Shown here one piece after another: positions 14,976 through 24,462 of a stretch of 37,266 nt of DNA. The notes beneath the pieces were generated by a model. It saw only the letters and a program-made list of their open reading frames with translations, did no database searches and was not told the DNA's origin. A program made the translations under genes and the position numbers. The DNA comes from a virus (Duplodnaviria > Caudoviricetes). Each line of letters opens with the position of its first letter. Positions within the stretch are counted from its first letter, which is position 1. Where the stretch lies: positions 1 through 37,266 of IMG/VR virus record IMGVR_UViG_3300016666_000029, one strand, 5' to 3'.

Positions 14976-17030
14976 TTAAGTCCAGTATTCAGGATTTGCA
15001 TATTCGCCAACGGCATAAGGATTTCCAGCTATGCCTGTCCCTAAATTTGTTCCTGATGAAAACAAACCTTGAGCAAATTTACCTAATCCTTGTCCAAGCA
15101 AAGATGTTGGGCTTCCTAATCCAGACAATGCTGTTGCATAAGGATTAGTTGTAGCTTCATCACTTGTGGCAAGTTTAGTGCTTAGTTGAGCGCCTGTTAA
15201 TCCAAGTTGTCCTGCTTTTGCACCAGCATTTGCTTGTTGTTGAGCAAGAGCCAAACTCATGTTATATGGCTGTTGTGCTTGAGATTCCAAGTTCTGCACT
15301 TGTCCTATGGCAGTTGTATATGGCGCATAAGCCGCTTGTTGGCCTGCATAATATTGACCCATAGCACCAGCACCTTGACCGAGCAACCCCGCACCGAACG
15401 CAACTTGTTGTTGACCCGCTTGTTGAGCATTAGCAGCCAATTGTGCTTCTTGCATTGCACGAGCATTAAACAAAGCCTGTAATTCAGGTGTTGTAGCACC
15501 ATAACTACCACCTTGAGCAACTGCTAATCCTGCACGACCTTGTTGTTGTAACTTATTCTGCAAATTAGCCAATTCAAGTTCACGACCTGGCTGTAACAAA
15601 TTCATTTGCTGAGTAATGTAGCGTTGGGCCACTTCTTCAGGAGTTTGAGCCAAGTATTTGTTGCCAAGGTTAAACAAACTCTGAGCGCCTGTTTGCAAAG
15701 GAGCAAATTGTTGAGGGGCTTGCTCTGCTTGAGTCAATCCTTGATTAGCCAAAGCCATCAAACGATCTTGTTGTGCTTTAGCTTCTGGAGAAAGCGTATA
15801 ACCAGCGCTTTCCAACTGACCAGTTGTAGGGTTATAAGTAAATTGTGAACTACCAAACCGAGTAGTCATGCCAACAGGACGGAATTGAGCCGCTTGTTTG
15901 GCAGCAGCAGTCTCAGCATCAATTCGTTGTTGTGCCGCTTGAGCAGCTTCTCTAGATTGCTGCATCTGAAGCAGATTACCTACTGTACCTAAACCACCAG
16001 AGAATAAATTAGATAACTGTTGATCTGTTAAGCCACTTAGCAAGTTTGATCCTACACCAGTAAGCAAGTTAGTAGCTGCTGTAGTTAATGGATTTATATT
16101 AGTAGTTACAGGAGTAGTTCCAGGTATAGTTCCAGTAGTAGTTCCAGTAGTGGTTCCAGTAGTGGTTCCAGTAGTGGTTGGACTTAACAAACCACCAGTA
16201 GTAGTATCAGTAGATAATGTTTGTGCAACAGTATCACCAGTAATACCACCAGCAGCGCCAGTCAACAAACCACTACCACCCGTTAAATTAGTCAATGTAG
16301 GAACTTCAGCACCTGTAGCTAAAGCATTGGCTAAAGTTTCTGCTCCTACTGTTCCACCAGCACCACCAAGGGCTATATCTTGAGCCGCAAGTTCAGCCGC
16401 AGTCAAACCAGTTGTAGTTGGTGCTACACCACTAGTTAATAATCCTCCTGCACCAAGCGCACCAGCAGTAGCTGCATTAGCCAAAGCAGTAGCGCCTGCA
16501 GTACCGCCAACACCACCTAGAGCCATGTCAGCCGCAGCCAACTCAGATGCTGTCAAACCAGTAGTAGCTGCAGTAGCCTCACCAAACAATGATGGAACGC
16601 CAAAAGCCAATCCTGCTAATGCTAAACCACCAAGGATTGCACCTTTATCACTTGTTGACTTACTCCAAGTAGAGATAACTGGATTGCCAGAAGCATCCTT
16701 TTTGATCTCATAAATCGTACCACCACCACCAGTATAGGTAGAGCCAAAACGACGATTGGTTTCACTTAAGTCAGCATTCTTTAGGTCTCTTACACCTTCA
16801 TTGACAAGGTGACGAGCCATATCCAAGAAAACTTGTTCAGCAGCATTAGGCGCACGACCAAGTAACTTAGTAGCCTCATCATAGTTAAAGCCTACACTCT
16901 CGCCTTTAGTGGCAAATACACCACCTTTAATAGCTTTAGGGTCAACAGCAGCTGCAATCTGCTTTGACAATGACAAAATCACGGCAGGATCATATGTCTT
17001 GCCTTGATAATCAGTTACTAAATCTGCCAT
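14976..17030 (-). CDS. Internal virion / ejection (pilot-like) protein with low-complexity repeats
   Basis: Gly/Ala/Thr-rich hydrophobic middle, Gln-rich C-terminal half (AAQFRPVGMTTRFG); start reassigned to 17030. Confidence 0.62.
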   Translation of the reverse strand: MADLVTDYQGKTYDPAVILSLSKQIAAAVDPKAIKGGVFATKGESVGFNYDEATKLLGRAPNAAEQVFLDMARHLVNEGVRDLKNADLSETNRRFGSTYTGGGGTIYEIKKDASGNPVISTWSKSTSDKGAILGGLALAGLAFGVPSLFGEATAATTGLTASELAAADMALGGVGGTAGATALANAATAGALGAGGLLTSGVAPTTTGLTAAELAAQDIALGGAGGTVGAETLANALATGAEVPTLTNLTGGSGLLTGAAGGITGDTVAQTLSTDTTTGGLLSPTTTGTTTGTTTGTTTGTIPGTTPVTTNINPLTTAATNLLTGVGSNLLSGLTDQQLSNLFSGGLGTVGNLLQMQQSREAAQAAQQRIDAETAAAKQAAQFRPVGMTTRFGSSQFTYNPTTGQLESAGYTLSPEAKAQQDRLMALANQGLTQAEQAPQQFAPLQTGAQSLFNLGNKYLAQTPEEVAQRYITQQMNLLQPGRELELANLQNKLQQQGRAGLAVAQGGSYGATTPELQALFNARAMQEAQLAANAQQAGQQQVAFGAGLLGQGAGAMGQYYAGQQAAYAPYTTAIGQVQNLESQAQQPYNMSLALAQQQANAGAKAGQLGLTGAQLSTKLATSDEATTNPYATALSGLGSPTSLLGQGLGKFAQGLFSSGTNLGTGIAGNPYAVGEYANPEYWT
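16129..16178. repeat. 12-bp in-frame tandem repeat (GTTCCAGTAGTR x about 4) encoding TTTG
   Basis: Visible in the sequence. Confidence 0.8.
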
Positions 17031-17041
17031 GATTCGCTTCC

Positions 17042-17863
17042 TTATAAATTTCCAGCGTATGTTGATGGGAATGCTCTGCCAGTACCCCAAATAATTCGTA
17101 CAGCACCACTACCGCCTGCTCCTGCGGAAGAGCCTGATGATCCACCAGAACCAACAGTTACTGTGTAAGTGTCACCAGGTGTAACAGAAATACTATTGGC
17201 ATAACGCAAACCACCGCCACCGCCACCGCCTCCATTGCCACCACCGCCACCCCCATAGTTACCACCAGCAGTTGCTGAATTAGCAGAAGATGTTGATGCA
17301 GTCGATCCACTTGATCCACCACCACCACCAGTTGCAGTATTTGATACTGGCGCTCCACCACTTCCGCTAGAACCTTCGCCATATAAACCTACACCGCCAC
17401 CACCAGCTCTTGCAAAATTACCTGTATTTACACCACCACCACCGCCACCACCACCTGAACCAGATGATCCAGTTGTGCTTGATGTATTAGCGCCATCACC
17501 GCCATTTCCTGAATACCCACCAGCACCTCCACCACCGCCTTGTGTATTTGAAGAAACATATCCACCAGCGCCACCATTACCACCACCAATGTTTCCACTA
17601 ATGGTTGTACCAGTACCTCCTGCGCCAGAACCATAAGGTTGGCCTGCACTACCGCCATTAGCAGTTACAACGCTTCCAAATGATGTAGAACCGCCATCAG
17701 AAGTTCCAGCACCACCACCTCCTCCACCGCCACCAACACACAATACACAAATGCTTGTGACATTGTATGGAACTGTAAATGTATATGTTCCTGGTGTTGT
17801 ATAGGATTTCTCTCCTAATGGAGATGATGTTCCTGCCAAAAAGGTGTTAAGCGCTGCAAACAT
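17042..17863 (-). CDS. Glycine-rich fibre tip / receptor-binding protein
   Basis: Starts MFAA; YTTPGTYTFTVP..V.CVGGGGGG ... GGSGAVRIIWG. Confidence 0.72.
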   Translation of the reverse strand: MFAALNTFLAGTSSPLGEKSYTTPGTYTFTVPYNVTSICVLCVGGGGGGGGAGTSDGGSTSFGSVVTANGGSAGQPYGSGAGGTGTTISGNIGGGNGGAGGYVSSNTQGGGGGAGGYSGNGGDGANTSSTTGSSGSGGGGGGGGVNTGNFARAGGGGVGLYGEGSSGSGGAPVSNTATGGGGGSSGSTASTSSANSATAGGNYGGGGGGNGGGGGGGGLRYANSISVTPGDTYTVTVGSGGSSGSSAGAGGSGAVRIIWGTGRAFPSTYAGNL

Positions 17864-18414
17864 TATGGTGTGTATCCCTGAACTGCTGATCCATACCAAT
17901 TTGTACCATCAGATACAAATGAAAAAATGTCCATTTTTCCAGCTGTAGAAGTTACAACTGGTGCTGTAGCTGAATTCCATTTAACACTTGTAAATGTTGC
18001 AGTACCACCACCAGTAGATGCAGCTTGTTTAAGCAACAAAATGAAAGACTTTCCTGCAGTAGCAGTAGGCATTGTGAAAGTGCAAGCAGTTGATGCAGTC
18101 AAAGTAGCAGTTTGTACAGTACCGCTTGTCAATGACAAAGTGCTAGAACTAGTAACAGTACCAATGGACACAACACCTTCTGTATAGTTGTTTACAGTAG
18201 GGTTAGTTAGAGTCTTGTTTGTCAGAGTCTGAGTATCTGTAGTGCCAACAATCGTGCCACTTGGTGCGCTAGATGAATCTAACTTAGTCGCAACAGCAGT
18301 CTGAATGTTGTTGAACTCAGTATCAATCTCAGTACCTTTAACAATCTTTAAAGGATTGCCAGAAGATAGATTATCTTTAGACGCAAAGTCTGTACTTTTG
18401 GTGTAGTTGCTCAT
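17863..18414 (-). CDS. Short tail fibre / adaptor protein
   Basis: N-terminal tail-anchor-like MSNYTKSTDF..KD.L...KIVKGTEID.EFN; C-terminal ~120 aa paralogous to 27342..28172. Confidence 0.72.
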   Translation of the reverse strand: MSNYTKSTDFASKDNLSSGNPLKIVKGTEIDTEFNNIQTAVATKLDSSSAPSGTIVGTTDTQTLTNKTLTNPTVNNYTEGVVSIGTVTSSSTLSLTSGTVQTATLTASTACTFTMPTATAGKSFILLLKQAASTGGGTATFTSVKWNSATAPVVTSTAGKMDIFSFVSDGTNWYGSAVQGYTP

Positions 18415-19970
18415 GCTATTTTTCCATTCTTAGCTTGAATTTCAATTTTCTGAATAGAGCATTGCGCTCCGTTGATAACAAGTTCATAACCAGTCTGTAC
18501 AACTTTACCTGATCCACTTGCTGAAACTGTCAAAGTGTTTAGAGCAATACCATCAGAATAGTAAGCTACTGTTGTCGCATTAGCACCATATTCAGCAATA
18601 CCATACTGAGCAACACCTTGAAGTGGAATTGTTGCATTAGCACTCAAATAATTGCTCTTAAAGTCAAAGCCCCATTTAATGGTGACAGTTTGATTTGTTC
18701 CACCAATGACAACAGCAGATATCTTCTTCAGAATAGATGTTTGATTAACATTACCAAGGTCTGCATTGTTTGTGTAATACATCATGCGATATGTGGCAGT
18801 ATCATCAAGATAGCCAGTATGCGATCCAATGTATCCAGTTTTGCCAATATACAAATCACCATTTCTGCGTGATAAGAATGACTTTGGCTCAATAGAGTCC
18901 CATGTAGTTACTCTTGATGATCCATCTTGCAATTGAACTTTTGTGTCAAAGCAATAAACAGACTTATAAGTTGGCATTGTGAGCAGATAAAAACCTTCAC
19001 GCTCAGAATAAACAGACTTAATTGAAGATAATGTTTCACCAGCAACAGATGTCATCAAATCATTACGAACATTCTTAGACAAATCACGCTCTGGAGCAGA
19101 CTTCTCTTGAATAGTTCTCATTAAAGAACGAACACCACTATTAGACAAGAAAATTACATCAGAACTGGTTGTCTGAACAGAATCTCTAGCCAAGCATCCA
19201 ATGCCACCAATGGTGTCATACAAACTCATGGTCGATGGTGTTGTAGCTCCTTGATAAACCAAGATTTGACGCTTACCAAAGATAAACAAGAAGCCATTAT
19301 GAGCAGCCAATGCTTGTACTTCATCAGCACCATTAGGCCAAATCTGATTGACATTCAATGATCCTGAAGTGCCACCAGTCCATACATGACCAGTTAGCAA
19401 ATCAGAGAAAGTGATTGTTGTTTTGTCACTAGAAGTATTAGCTACCCACAAACGACCAAAAGCAGAAATTGCCAAGTTTGCCAATGGAACAGTTCCACCA
19501 TAACCAGACTTCTCACTCACTCTGCGATAAGTAGTTGTACTTACTGCAGGATCGTAAATCAATGGATCATGGCCTGTTTGAAAGAAATATGTAATACCAT
19601 TCAAAGACGCACATTGCCAGTTATTAGCAGTAATTGTAGGAGCAGTACCACCGCCACCATAGGTCAACTCAGTAATAGCATTTGAAGTGCCGAGTTTAAA
19701 CAACTTGTTGTTACCAGCAAACAAAACAGTCAAAGTGCCATCAGTCTGCACTAACTCATGGATAACACCAACATCATTAGAGCCAAGATTGCCAGTAGAT
19801 GAGTTTAGTTTTGTCCAACCTTTACGAGAACCAATACGACCATATTGGTCAATGACACAGTTGGTTGCAACAAGTGCGAACCCAGATGCCAAATCCAATG
19901 GCGAATCTTGCGTATTCAGGCCGTAGAAGCCTGGCGCAGAGATGCTGAATGTTTGGATAGCTTGAGCCAT
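18411..19970 (-). CDS. Tail tubular protein B / head-closure (P22 gp10- or T7 gp12-like)
   Basis: 519 aa, beta-rich, PGFYGLNTQDSP N-terminus; follows tubular A. Confidence 0.72.
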   Translation of the reverse strand: MAQAIQTFSISAPGFYGLNTQDSPLDLASGFALVATNCVIDQYGRIGSRKGWTKLNSSTGNLGSNDVGVIHELVQTDGTLTVLFAGNNKLFKLGTSNAITELTYGGGGTAPTITANNWQCASLNGITYFFQTGHDPLIYDPAVSTTTYRRVSEKSGYGGTVPLANLAISAFGRLWVANTSSDKTTITFSDLLTGHVWTGGTSGSLNVNQIWPNGADEVQALAAHNGFLFIFGKRQILVYQGATTPSTMSLYDTIGGIGCLARDSVQTTSSDVIFLSNSGVRSLMRTIQEKSAPERDLSKNVRNDLMTSVAGETLSSIKSVYSEREGFYLLTMPTYKSVYCFDTKVQLQDGSSRVTTWDSIEPKSFLSRRNGDLYIGKTGYIGSHTGYLDDTATYRMMYYTNNADLGNVNQTSILKKISAVVIGGTNQTVTIKWGFDFKSNYLSANATIPLQGVAQYGIAEYGANATTVAYYSDGIALNTLTVSASGSGKVVQTGYELVINGAQCSIQKIEIQAKNGKIA

Positions 19971-20620
19971 TAAATAGCCTCAAAAGTACCAAATTCAGGA
20001 TAACGAGTTGCTTCTGTTGCAATGTAGTCAGACAACATAGACTTGTACAACTGATAAGCCTCAGAAGAGTTCAATCCACCATCCTCACCACGCTCAACCA
20101 AAGCCCTTGCATAAGCGTTCTGAACAACTAATTCAGCAGGGACAGAGATAACTGTACTGTCACTAGACAAAACAGCTTGTGGGACGATTAAACTGAACTT
20201 GATGCTATATACACCATCAGGAATTGGAAACAATGTAACCTTAGTATCATAACTAGCATCTACACCATCAAAGGTGTAATACATTGGGATAGAACTTGAT
20301 GGAGTGCCAAAGTTCAGAAAGCGATTCATATTGGCGAACGGAATGTTCTCAATACTGATCTTGCTAGTAGAGTTAATAGCGTCTTGAACACGGAATTTCT
20401 GACCAGCACCAGTCATTGAGTACGAATAAGTACCCGCAGTAGTAGTCAGGGTTACTGTTGTTCCAAGAACATTCCACTCATAAGCATCTTCGATCTGACG
20501 CTTGGCATCATTGACAAACTTGCCAATCAATGTTGAATAGGTTGTTTCGGAAACAGTAGAGACTTCCTCTTCGCGTAGGCGAACAAGCACATCATTGACT
20601 GCTTGCAAATAGGTTGTCAT
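19970..20620 (-). CDS. Tail tubular protein A / head-tail adaptor
   Basis: MTTYLQAVNDVLVRLRE...FVNDAKRQIE..YEW, LFPIPD..Y. Confidence 0.75.
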   Translation of the reverse strand: MTTYLQAVNDVLVRLREEEVSTVSETTYSTLIGKFVNDAKRQIEDAYEWNVLGTTVTLTTTAGTYSYSMTGAGQKFRVQDAINSTSKISIENIPFANMNRFLNFGTPSSSIPMYYTFDGVDASYDTKVTLFPIPDGVYSIKFSLIVPQAVLSSDSTVISVPAELVVQNAYARALVERGEDGGLNSSEAYQLYKSMLSDYIATEATRYPEFGTFEAI

Positions 20621-20910
20621 TTCTTATTCCTCTCTGAAATCGCTTTAGCTTTTGCCCTAGCGTCTGCTTTGGACGATGCGCCCCAAGCCTTCAGAGATAA
20701 TAAGAGTCGGGTAGGCTTCCCATCTTTCATCTCAGGCCCAGGCATATTGCCCATGCGTGCTAAAAAGGAGGCCCTACGAGGGTTGTCGCCCGACTTTACT
20801 GGTGGCTTTAAATTACCACCTGTTTCTGCATTATACGATGCTCTACCCTTGGCATTCAAGCCACCTTTAGGGTTTTGGCCTGCTTTTGTTTGCCAAGTTG
20901 GAGATTTCAT
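20617..20910 (-). CDS. Small basic phage protein
   Basis: NPKGGLNAKGRASY, RRASFLARM, SLKAWG. Confidence 0.75.
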   Translation of the reverse strand: MKSPTWQTKAGQNPKGGLNAKGRASYNAETGGNLKPPVKSGDNPRRASFLARMGNMPGPEMKDGKPTRLLLSLKAWGASSKADARAKAKAISERNKK

Positions 20911-21068
20911 TACTTCACCTTTTTTGGTTTCTTCGCAGTTTTTGCAGCCGCCTTAAAAGCCTCCGCAGTAGGAGCGCCCTTAGAGCCGACTTTACGCATC
21001 TTTTCACCCGAACCAGCCTTGATGCGTTCTTGTTTAGCATGAATATTTGCGTAAAGACCTTGTTTCAT
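20910..21068 (-). CDS. 52-aa Lys/Ala-rich protein (not in the ORF track)
   Basis: MKQGLYANIHAKQERIKAGSGEKMRKVGSKGAPTAEAFKAAAKTAKKPKKVK; coupled on both sides. Confidence 0.72.
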   Translation of the reverse strand: MKQGLYANIHAKQERIKAGSGEKMRKVGSKGAPTAEAFKAAAKTAKKPKKVK

Positions 21069-21232
21069 TTCATCTTCTTTGGCTTGGATTTACCAGCTTC
21101 AGACAAAGCAATAGCAATTGCCTGTTTGCGAGAAGTCACTTCAGGCCCTTTTTTAGAGCCAGAATGGAGCATTCCAGACTTGTATTCGCCCATAACTTTG
21201 CCAATTTTCTTGGCTGCAGCTGCTTTTTTCAT
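21065..21232 (-). CDS. 55-aa basic protein (DUF6496-like)
   Basis: KIGKVMGEYKSG.LHSG...V.SRKQAIAIALSEAG; start reassigned to 21232. Confidence 0.75.
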   Translation of the reverse strand: MKKAAAAKKIGKVMGEYKSGMLHSGSKKGPEVTSRKQAIAIALSEAGKSKPKKMK

Positions 21233-21630
21233 GGTTTCTCTTTCGTAATAGGCCCACCAGACTTCCAAGCATCACAAGTGCGGGCCGATGCACAAGTAAA
21301 TTGAAACAAGTCACAATAACCAAGATCAGCCGCTTTGATGAAGTTTTCATCATAAGACAAGCCTTCTTCGTTCTTCTCCAAGCCTGATTTGATGCATTCC
21401 ATCATTTTGGGAGTTTGAATAAAAGCAGCACAATTGCCACACCTCATACCCTTAATGGTATTGGTAGGAGCGTTGTACATCTTGGCTTTTTTCAACCAAA
21501 AAGCATCATTTGGCTCATTAGGATTAGGTGGCCCATAACCAAACTTCTTAAACGCATTGTTGCGGTTCTTCAGGTTAATGGTTATATCCTGAGTGGATAT
21601 AGGGCAAGTTACACCAGTTAGTAGGCTCAT
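21229..21630 (-). CDS. Cys-rich protein with HiPIP-like cysteine spacing
   Basis: RCGNCAAF ... GYCDLF ... TCDAW. Confidence 0.6.
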   Translation of the reverse strand: MSLLTGVTCPISTQDITINLKNRNNAFKKFGYGPPNPNEPNDAFWLKKAKMYNAPTNTIKGMRCGNCAAFIQTPKMMECIKSGLEKNEEGLSYDENFIKAADLGYCDLFQFTCASARTCDAWKSGGPITKEKP

Positions 21631-21830
21631 CGGATCACCTTAGTGGCTACAAAAGAGATAAATCCACCAACTACGGAAGCAATAGCCATGCCGACAAACA
21701 TACCACCTTTAGATTTATTTGCCATTTCCAGAAGTGACTTGATGTCTTCACGCAGGGCATGAACTTCTGCTTGTAATGACTCAACTTGGGCTTCTAATTT
21801 GCCAAAGTCTCTTGGGTCAATATCAGACAT
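21627..21830 (-). CDS. Small coiled-coil protein with a C-terminal TM
   Basis: FGKLEAQVESLQAEV... followed by a hydrophobic tail. Confidence 0.7.
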   Translation of the reverse strand: MSDIDPRDFGKLEAQVESLQAEVHALREDIKSLLEMANKSKGGMFVGMAIASVVGGFISFVATKVIR

Positions 21831-22020
21831 TTGCTACCTTTCTTGGCCTGCCAGCCTTCTTGACAGGAGTTGGTGGTTTTAGAACTAGCTGTTTATCGTT
21901 ATTCTCAACTTCTTCTATATCAATTCTGACATAACCTTGATGACCAACCATACTCTGAATATCTTGTGGTTGGGTAAAGGTCACAGTTTGACCGCTTTGA
22001 AGACAACGATAAGTAGCCAT
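21823..22020 (-). CDS. Hypothetical protein with a basic GRPRK tail
   Basis: MATYRCLQSG...KKAGRPRK; start reassigned to 22020. Confidence 0.68.
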   Translation of the reverse strand: MATYRCLQSGQTVTFTQPQDIQSMVGHQGYVRIDIEEVENNDKQLVLKPPTPVKKAGRPRKVANV

Positions 22021-22026
22021 ATTCTT

Positions 22027-22055
22027 ATGAAAATGGGGGTTATTAGCCCCCATTT
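22027..22055 (-). terminator. Hairpin / possible weak intrinsic terminator
   Basis: AAATGGGGG-CTAATAA-CCCCCATTTT directly after the decoration gene. Confidence 0.5.
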
Positions 22056-22057
22056 AA

Positions 22058-22381
22058 TTAGACCATGCGAGCCACGACTACACGAAGAGTCGCAGATGCC
22101 AAGTCAACAGTTGAGCCAGACTCATTCTGGATGCGGAATTTAACTGTGTTTGCAGCAGAGACATAGCCTGTTACTGTCAAACCAACCAAATCAACACCCA
22201 AAGACACGCCAATGACCATATCACCCAAGGCTACGCCAGGGATTGTAATATCGTCAGTCTCGCCTGCACCATCAACCAATGAACCAGCGTCCAAAGTAGC
22301 CTTAACTACCCATGTATCGCTGAAAATGCCACGGAATGTATCGTTGCCACGACGAGATGTTACCGAAGATGCGGTTGCCAT
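22058..22381 (-). CDS. Putative capsid decoration / minor head protein
   Basis: 107 aa, beta-rich, immediately after the capsid gene; GGAG RBS. Confidence 0.6.
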   Translation of the reverse strand: MATASSVTSRRGNDTFRGIFSDTWVVKATLDAGSLVDGAGETDDITIPGVALGDMVIGVSLGVDLVGLTVTGYVSAANTVKFRIQNESGSTVDLASATLRVVVARMV

Positions 22382-22401
22382 ATTAGTTCTCCAATTAGAT
22401 T

Positions 22402-22433
22402 AAAAAAGTCCCCCCACCGATTAAGGCGAGGGG
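22402..22433 (-). terminator. Rho-independent terminator after the major capsid gene
   Basis: CCCCTCGCC-TTAATC-GGTGGGGGG then ACTTTTTT. Confidence 0.72.
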
Positions 22434-22449
22434 TAATTGGCTACTGCAA

Positions 22450-23412
22450 TTAAGCTGGAACTGCCAGAGCGTAAGCGCTGGAAGACAAGGCTGCACCAGT
22501 TGTTGCGGCTGTGCGAACAGCTTTCACGCCATACAGAGTGTCAGATGTGAACAGAGTAGCCAAGTACTCTTGTTTGTACTGAACTTGTGAGCGCACACCA
22601 ACTTGCTCAACCAGAACCATAGAATCCTTGTGGCCCATCAAGCAGATGCGGTCAGTACCAGAGTTACCAGCACCGAAGTCAGCATTGCTTGTTGTGAACA
22701 CGGGGATACCATACAGTTGACCGATTTCACCATTGCGGATTGCGTCACCATTGCCCACGAAAGCCTGTTCTGTGTAACGAGCCAAGCCCATCAAAGTGTT
22801 ACGGCTTGAGGGAGGAATGATGAAGAAGCGACCATCCATAGGAGTGTCGTTGTCATCCAAACGCTGAATAGTGCGACGAATAGCAGCATCAGTCAAAGCA
22901 GCGGCATTAGAAGTAGAACTGTTATAAGCAGTAGTACCATCAGAACCGATGTAAGCCTTAGTGCTAGAAGTGGCAGTAGCATAGTCATTAGTACCAACTG
23001 TAGCGCCATTGAAATAGCGACCCAATTGAACCAAGTCAGAGTCCACTTGTTTAGCCAGAGCATAGCCAGCGTCTGCTGTGTAGAACTGACGCAAGCTGTT
23101 CAAGGCTTGTGCTTCAACGATGTCTTCGATCAAACGGCTATATTCATAGTGCTTGTCGATAGCGATCTGAACTTCAGTCTCAGTAGCAGCAATCAGAGTA
23201 ACTGCTGTAGAAGCAGCTTTAGCTGATGCAGAACCGCGAGTAGGAGCTGGAATGTGAACTGTGTCACCTTTCTTGCCCTTGAAGTTCATTTTGTTGACGA
23301 TGTTTGCCAATACAAGGTTTTTCTTGTAGGCGGCAACAATCTCATCACTCCAGATTTCTGGAATAAAGGTTGCTGCTGTGGTTGTGGTTACTGCTGGGGT
23401 TGGAAAAGCCAT
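22450..23412 (-). CDS. Major capsid protein
   Basis: FIPEIWS, GDTVHIP, AGYALAKQVD, G.IGQLYGIPVF, DTLYGVK; follows the scaffold. Confidence 0.9.
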   Translation of the reverse strand: MAFPTPAVTTTTAATFIPEIWSDEIVAAYKKNLVLANIVNKMNFKGKKGDTVHIPAPTRGSASAKAASTAVTLIAATETEVQIAIDKHYEYSRLIEDIVEAQALNSLRQFYTADAGYALAKQVDSDLVQLGRYFNGATVGTNDYATATSSTKAYIGSDGTTAYNSSTSNAAALTDAAIRRTIQRLDDNDTPMDGRFFIIPPSSRNTLMGLARYTEQAFVGNGDAIRNGEIGQLYGIPVFTTSNADFGAGNSGTDRICLMGHKDSMVLVEQVGVRSQVQYKQEYLATLFTSDTLYGVKAVRTAATTGAALSSSAYALAVPA

Positions 23413-23436
23413 GATTAAATCTCCAAAAATAAATTG

Positions 23437-24177
23437 TTACCGAACCCTGCCCTCTGCGTATGCTTGCATGATCTCGTCACTTAACGCATCGTAGCGGTTA
23501 GGGTCTTGCATTTTCAGCCGAATAAGGTCTGCCCTTCGATAAACCTTCCTAGAGGACTCACCAGAACCACCTACATCAACTCCTACGGCTTTAAGACTTT
23601 GCTTGCGTGTAGCCTCATTAGAAGCCTCACTTTGCTGTTTCTTAACGCCACGAAGTTGCTTATATGTGCTTAACAGTTCATTGGCAGAATCATAGTCAAA
23701 CTCAGCATCAGCACGCTTAAACAACTCAATACGAACAGGGCTTGATTTCACCCAATTTGCAAAGTCCTGATCTTTAGCAATATCGCCAAAATCGGGGTGT
23801 TCTTGCGCTAACTTCTGTTGAATCTGTGTCCTTTTCAATTCTAGCGTTGCTTGTCGCGCAGCTATGATGTCAGGGTGACTATCAACTGTCTTCTGAACTG
23901 CCTTCTTTGGGTCTTCAAAAAAGTCAATCTCAGGTTCGTCCTGCCTAATAGGTTGTTGTTTAGACCCAAGGTTCTGTCTAATGAGTTCATCGGCTAGTTT
24001 TCTTACTTCACCAACCTCTTGAGCCTGCTTTCCAATCAGCTTTTCAGCCTCTTGGTGCATTCGTACAATCTCATCTAAACTTTTATCCCTGTATTTTTCA
24101 GGGAGTTCAGGTTTTGTAGCTTTTTGCTCTTCGATTTCTAACTCACCAGGCAATTCTTTGTCTTCATCAATCAACAT
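23437..24177 (-). CDS. Capsid scaffolding protein
   Basis: PEKYR.KS..EI..MHQEAEKLIG.Q..EVGE.RK, C-terminal AYAEGRVR; acidic and helical. Confidence 0.78.
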   Translation of the reverse strand: MLIDEDKELPGELEIEEQKATKPELPEKYRDKSLDEIVRMHQEAEKLIGKQAQEVGEVRKLADELIRQNLGSKQQPIRQDEPEIDFFEDPKKAVQKTVDSHPDIIAARQATLELKRTQIQQKLAQEHPDFGDIAKDQDFANWVKSSPVRIELFKRADAEFDYDSANELLSTYKQLRGVKKQQSEASNEATRKQSLKAVGVDVGGSGESSRKVYRRADLIRLKMQDPNRYDALSDEIMQAYAEGRVR

Positions 24178-24234
24178 ATTTTTCCTTTTTCCTGCCGTCA
24201 ATCGGTTGTAGGAGATTCAACTCGGCATTATTGC

Positions 24235-24462
24235 TTATGAGTTGAGTTTGCGTTCACTCTTTAACTTGTCGGTATGACTCTTTCCAAATTTAGAATGAGC
24301 TGTTGGGAATGCACCCGACCATCCTTCAAGTTTAAAAGCTGGCGCAGATAAAGTGCGGTTGGCAGTAGCTCCACACTCACACATTAGACTGATTGCCTCA
24401 TAATCAACCAATCTTTCTGTTTTGTGTCCATTTTCACAGACGAAATCAAACATTCTTCTCAT
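24235..24462 (-). CDS. FmdB-like zinc-ribbon protein
   Basis: FDFVCENGH..E...CECG..A.R.LSAP. Confidence 0.72.
   Translation of the reverse strand: MRRMFDFVCENGHKTERLVDYEAISLMCECGATANRTLSAPAFKLEGWSGAFPTAHSKFGKSHTDKLKSERKLNS

Noticed and set aside
17042-17863. CCA/CCG triplet runs considered as microsatellites
   Set aside because: They encode the poly-Gly stretches of a glycine-rich fibre domain.
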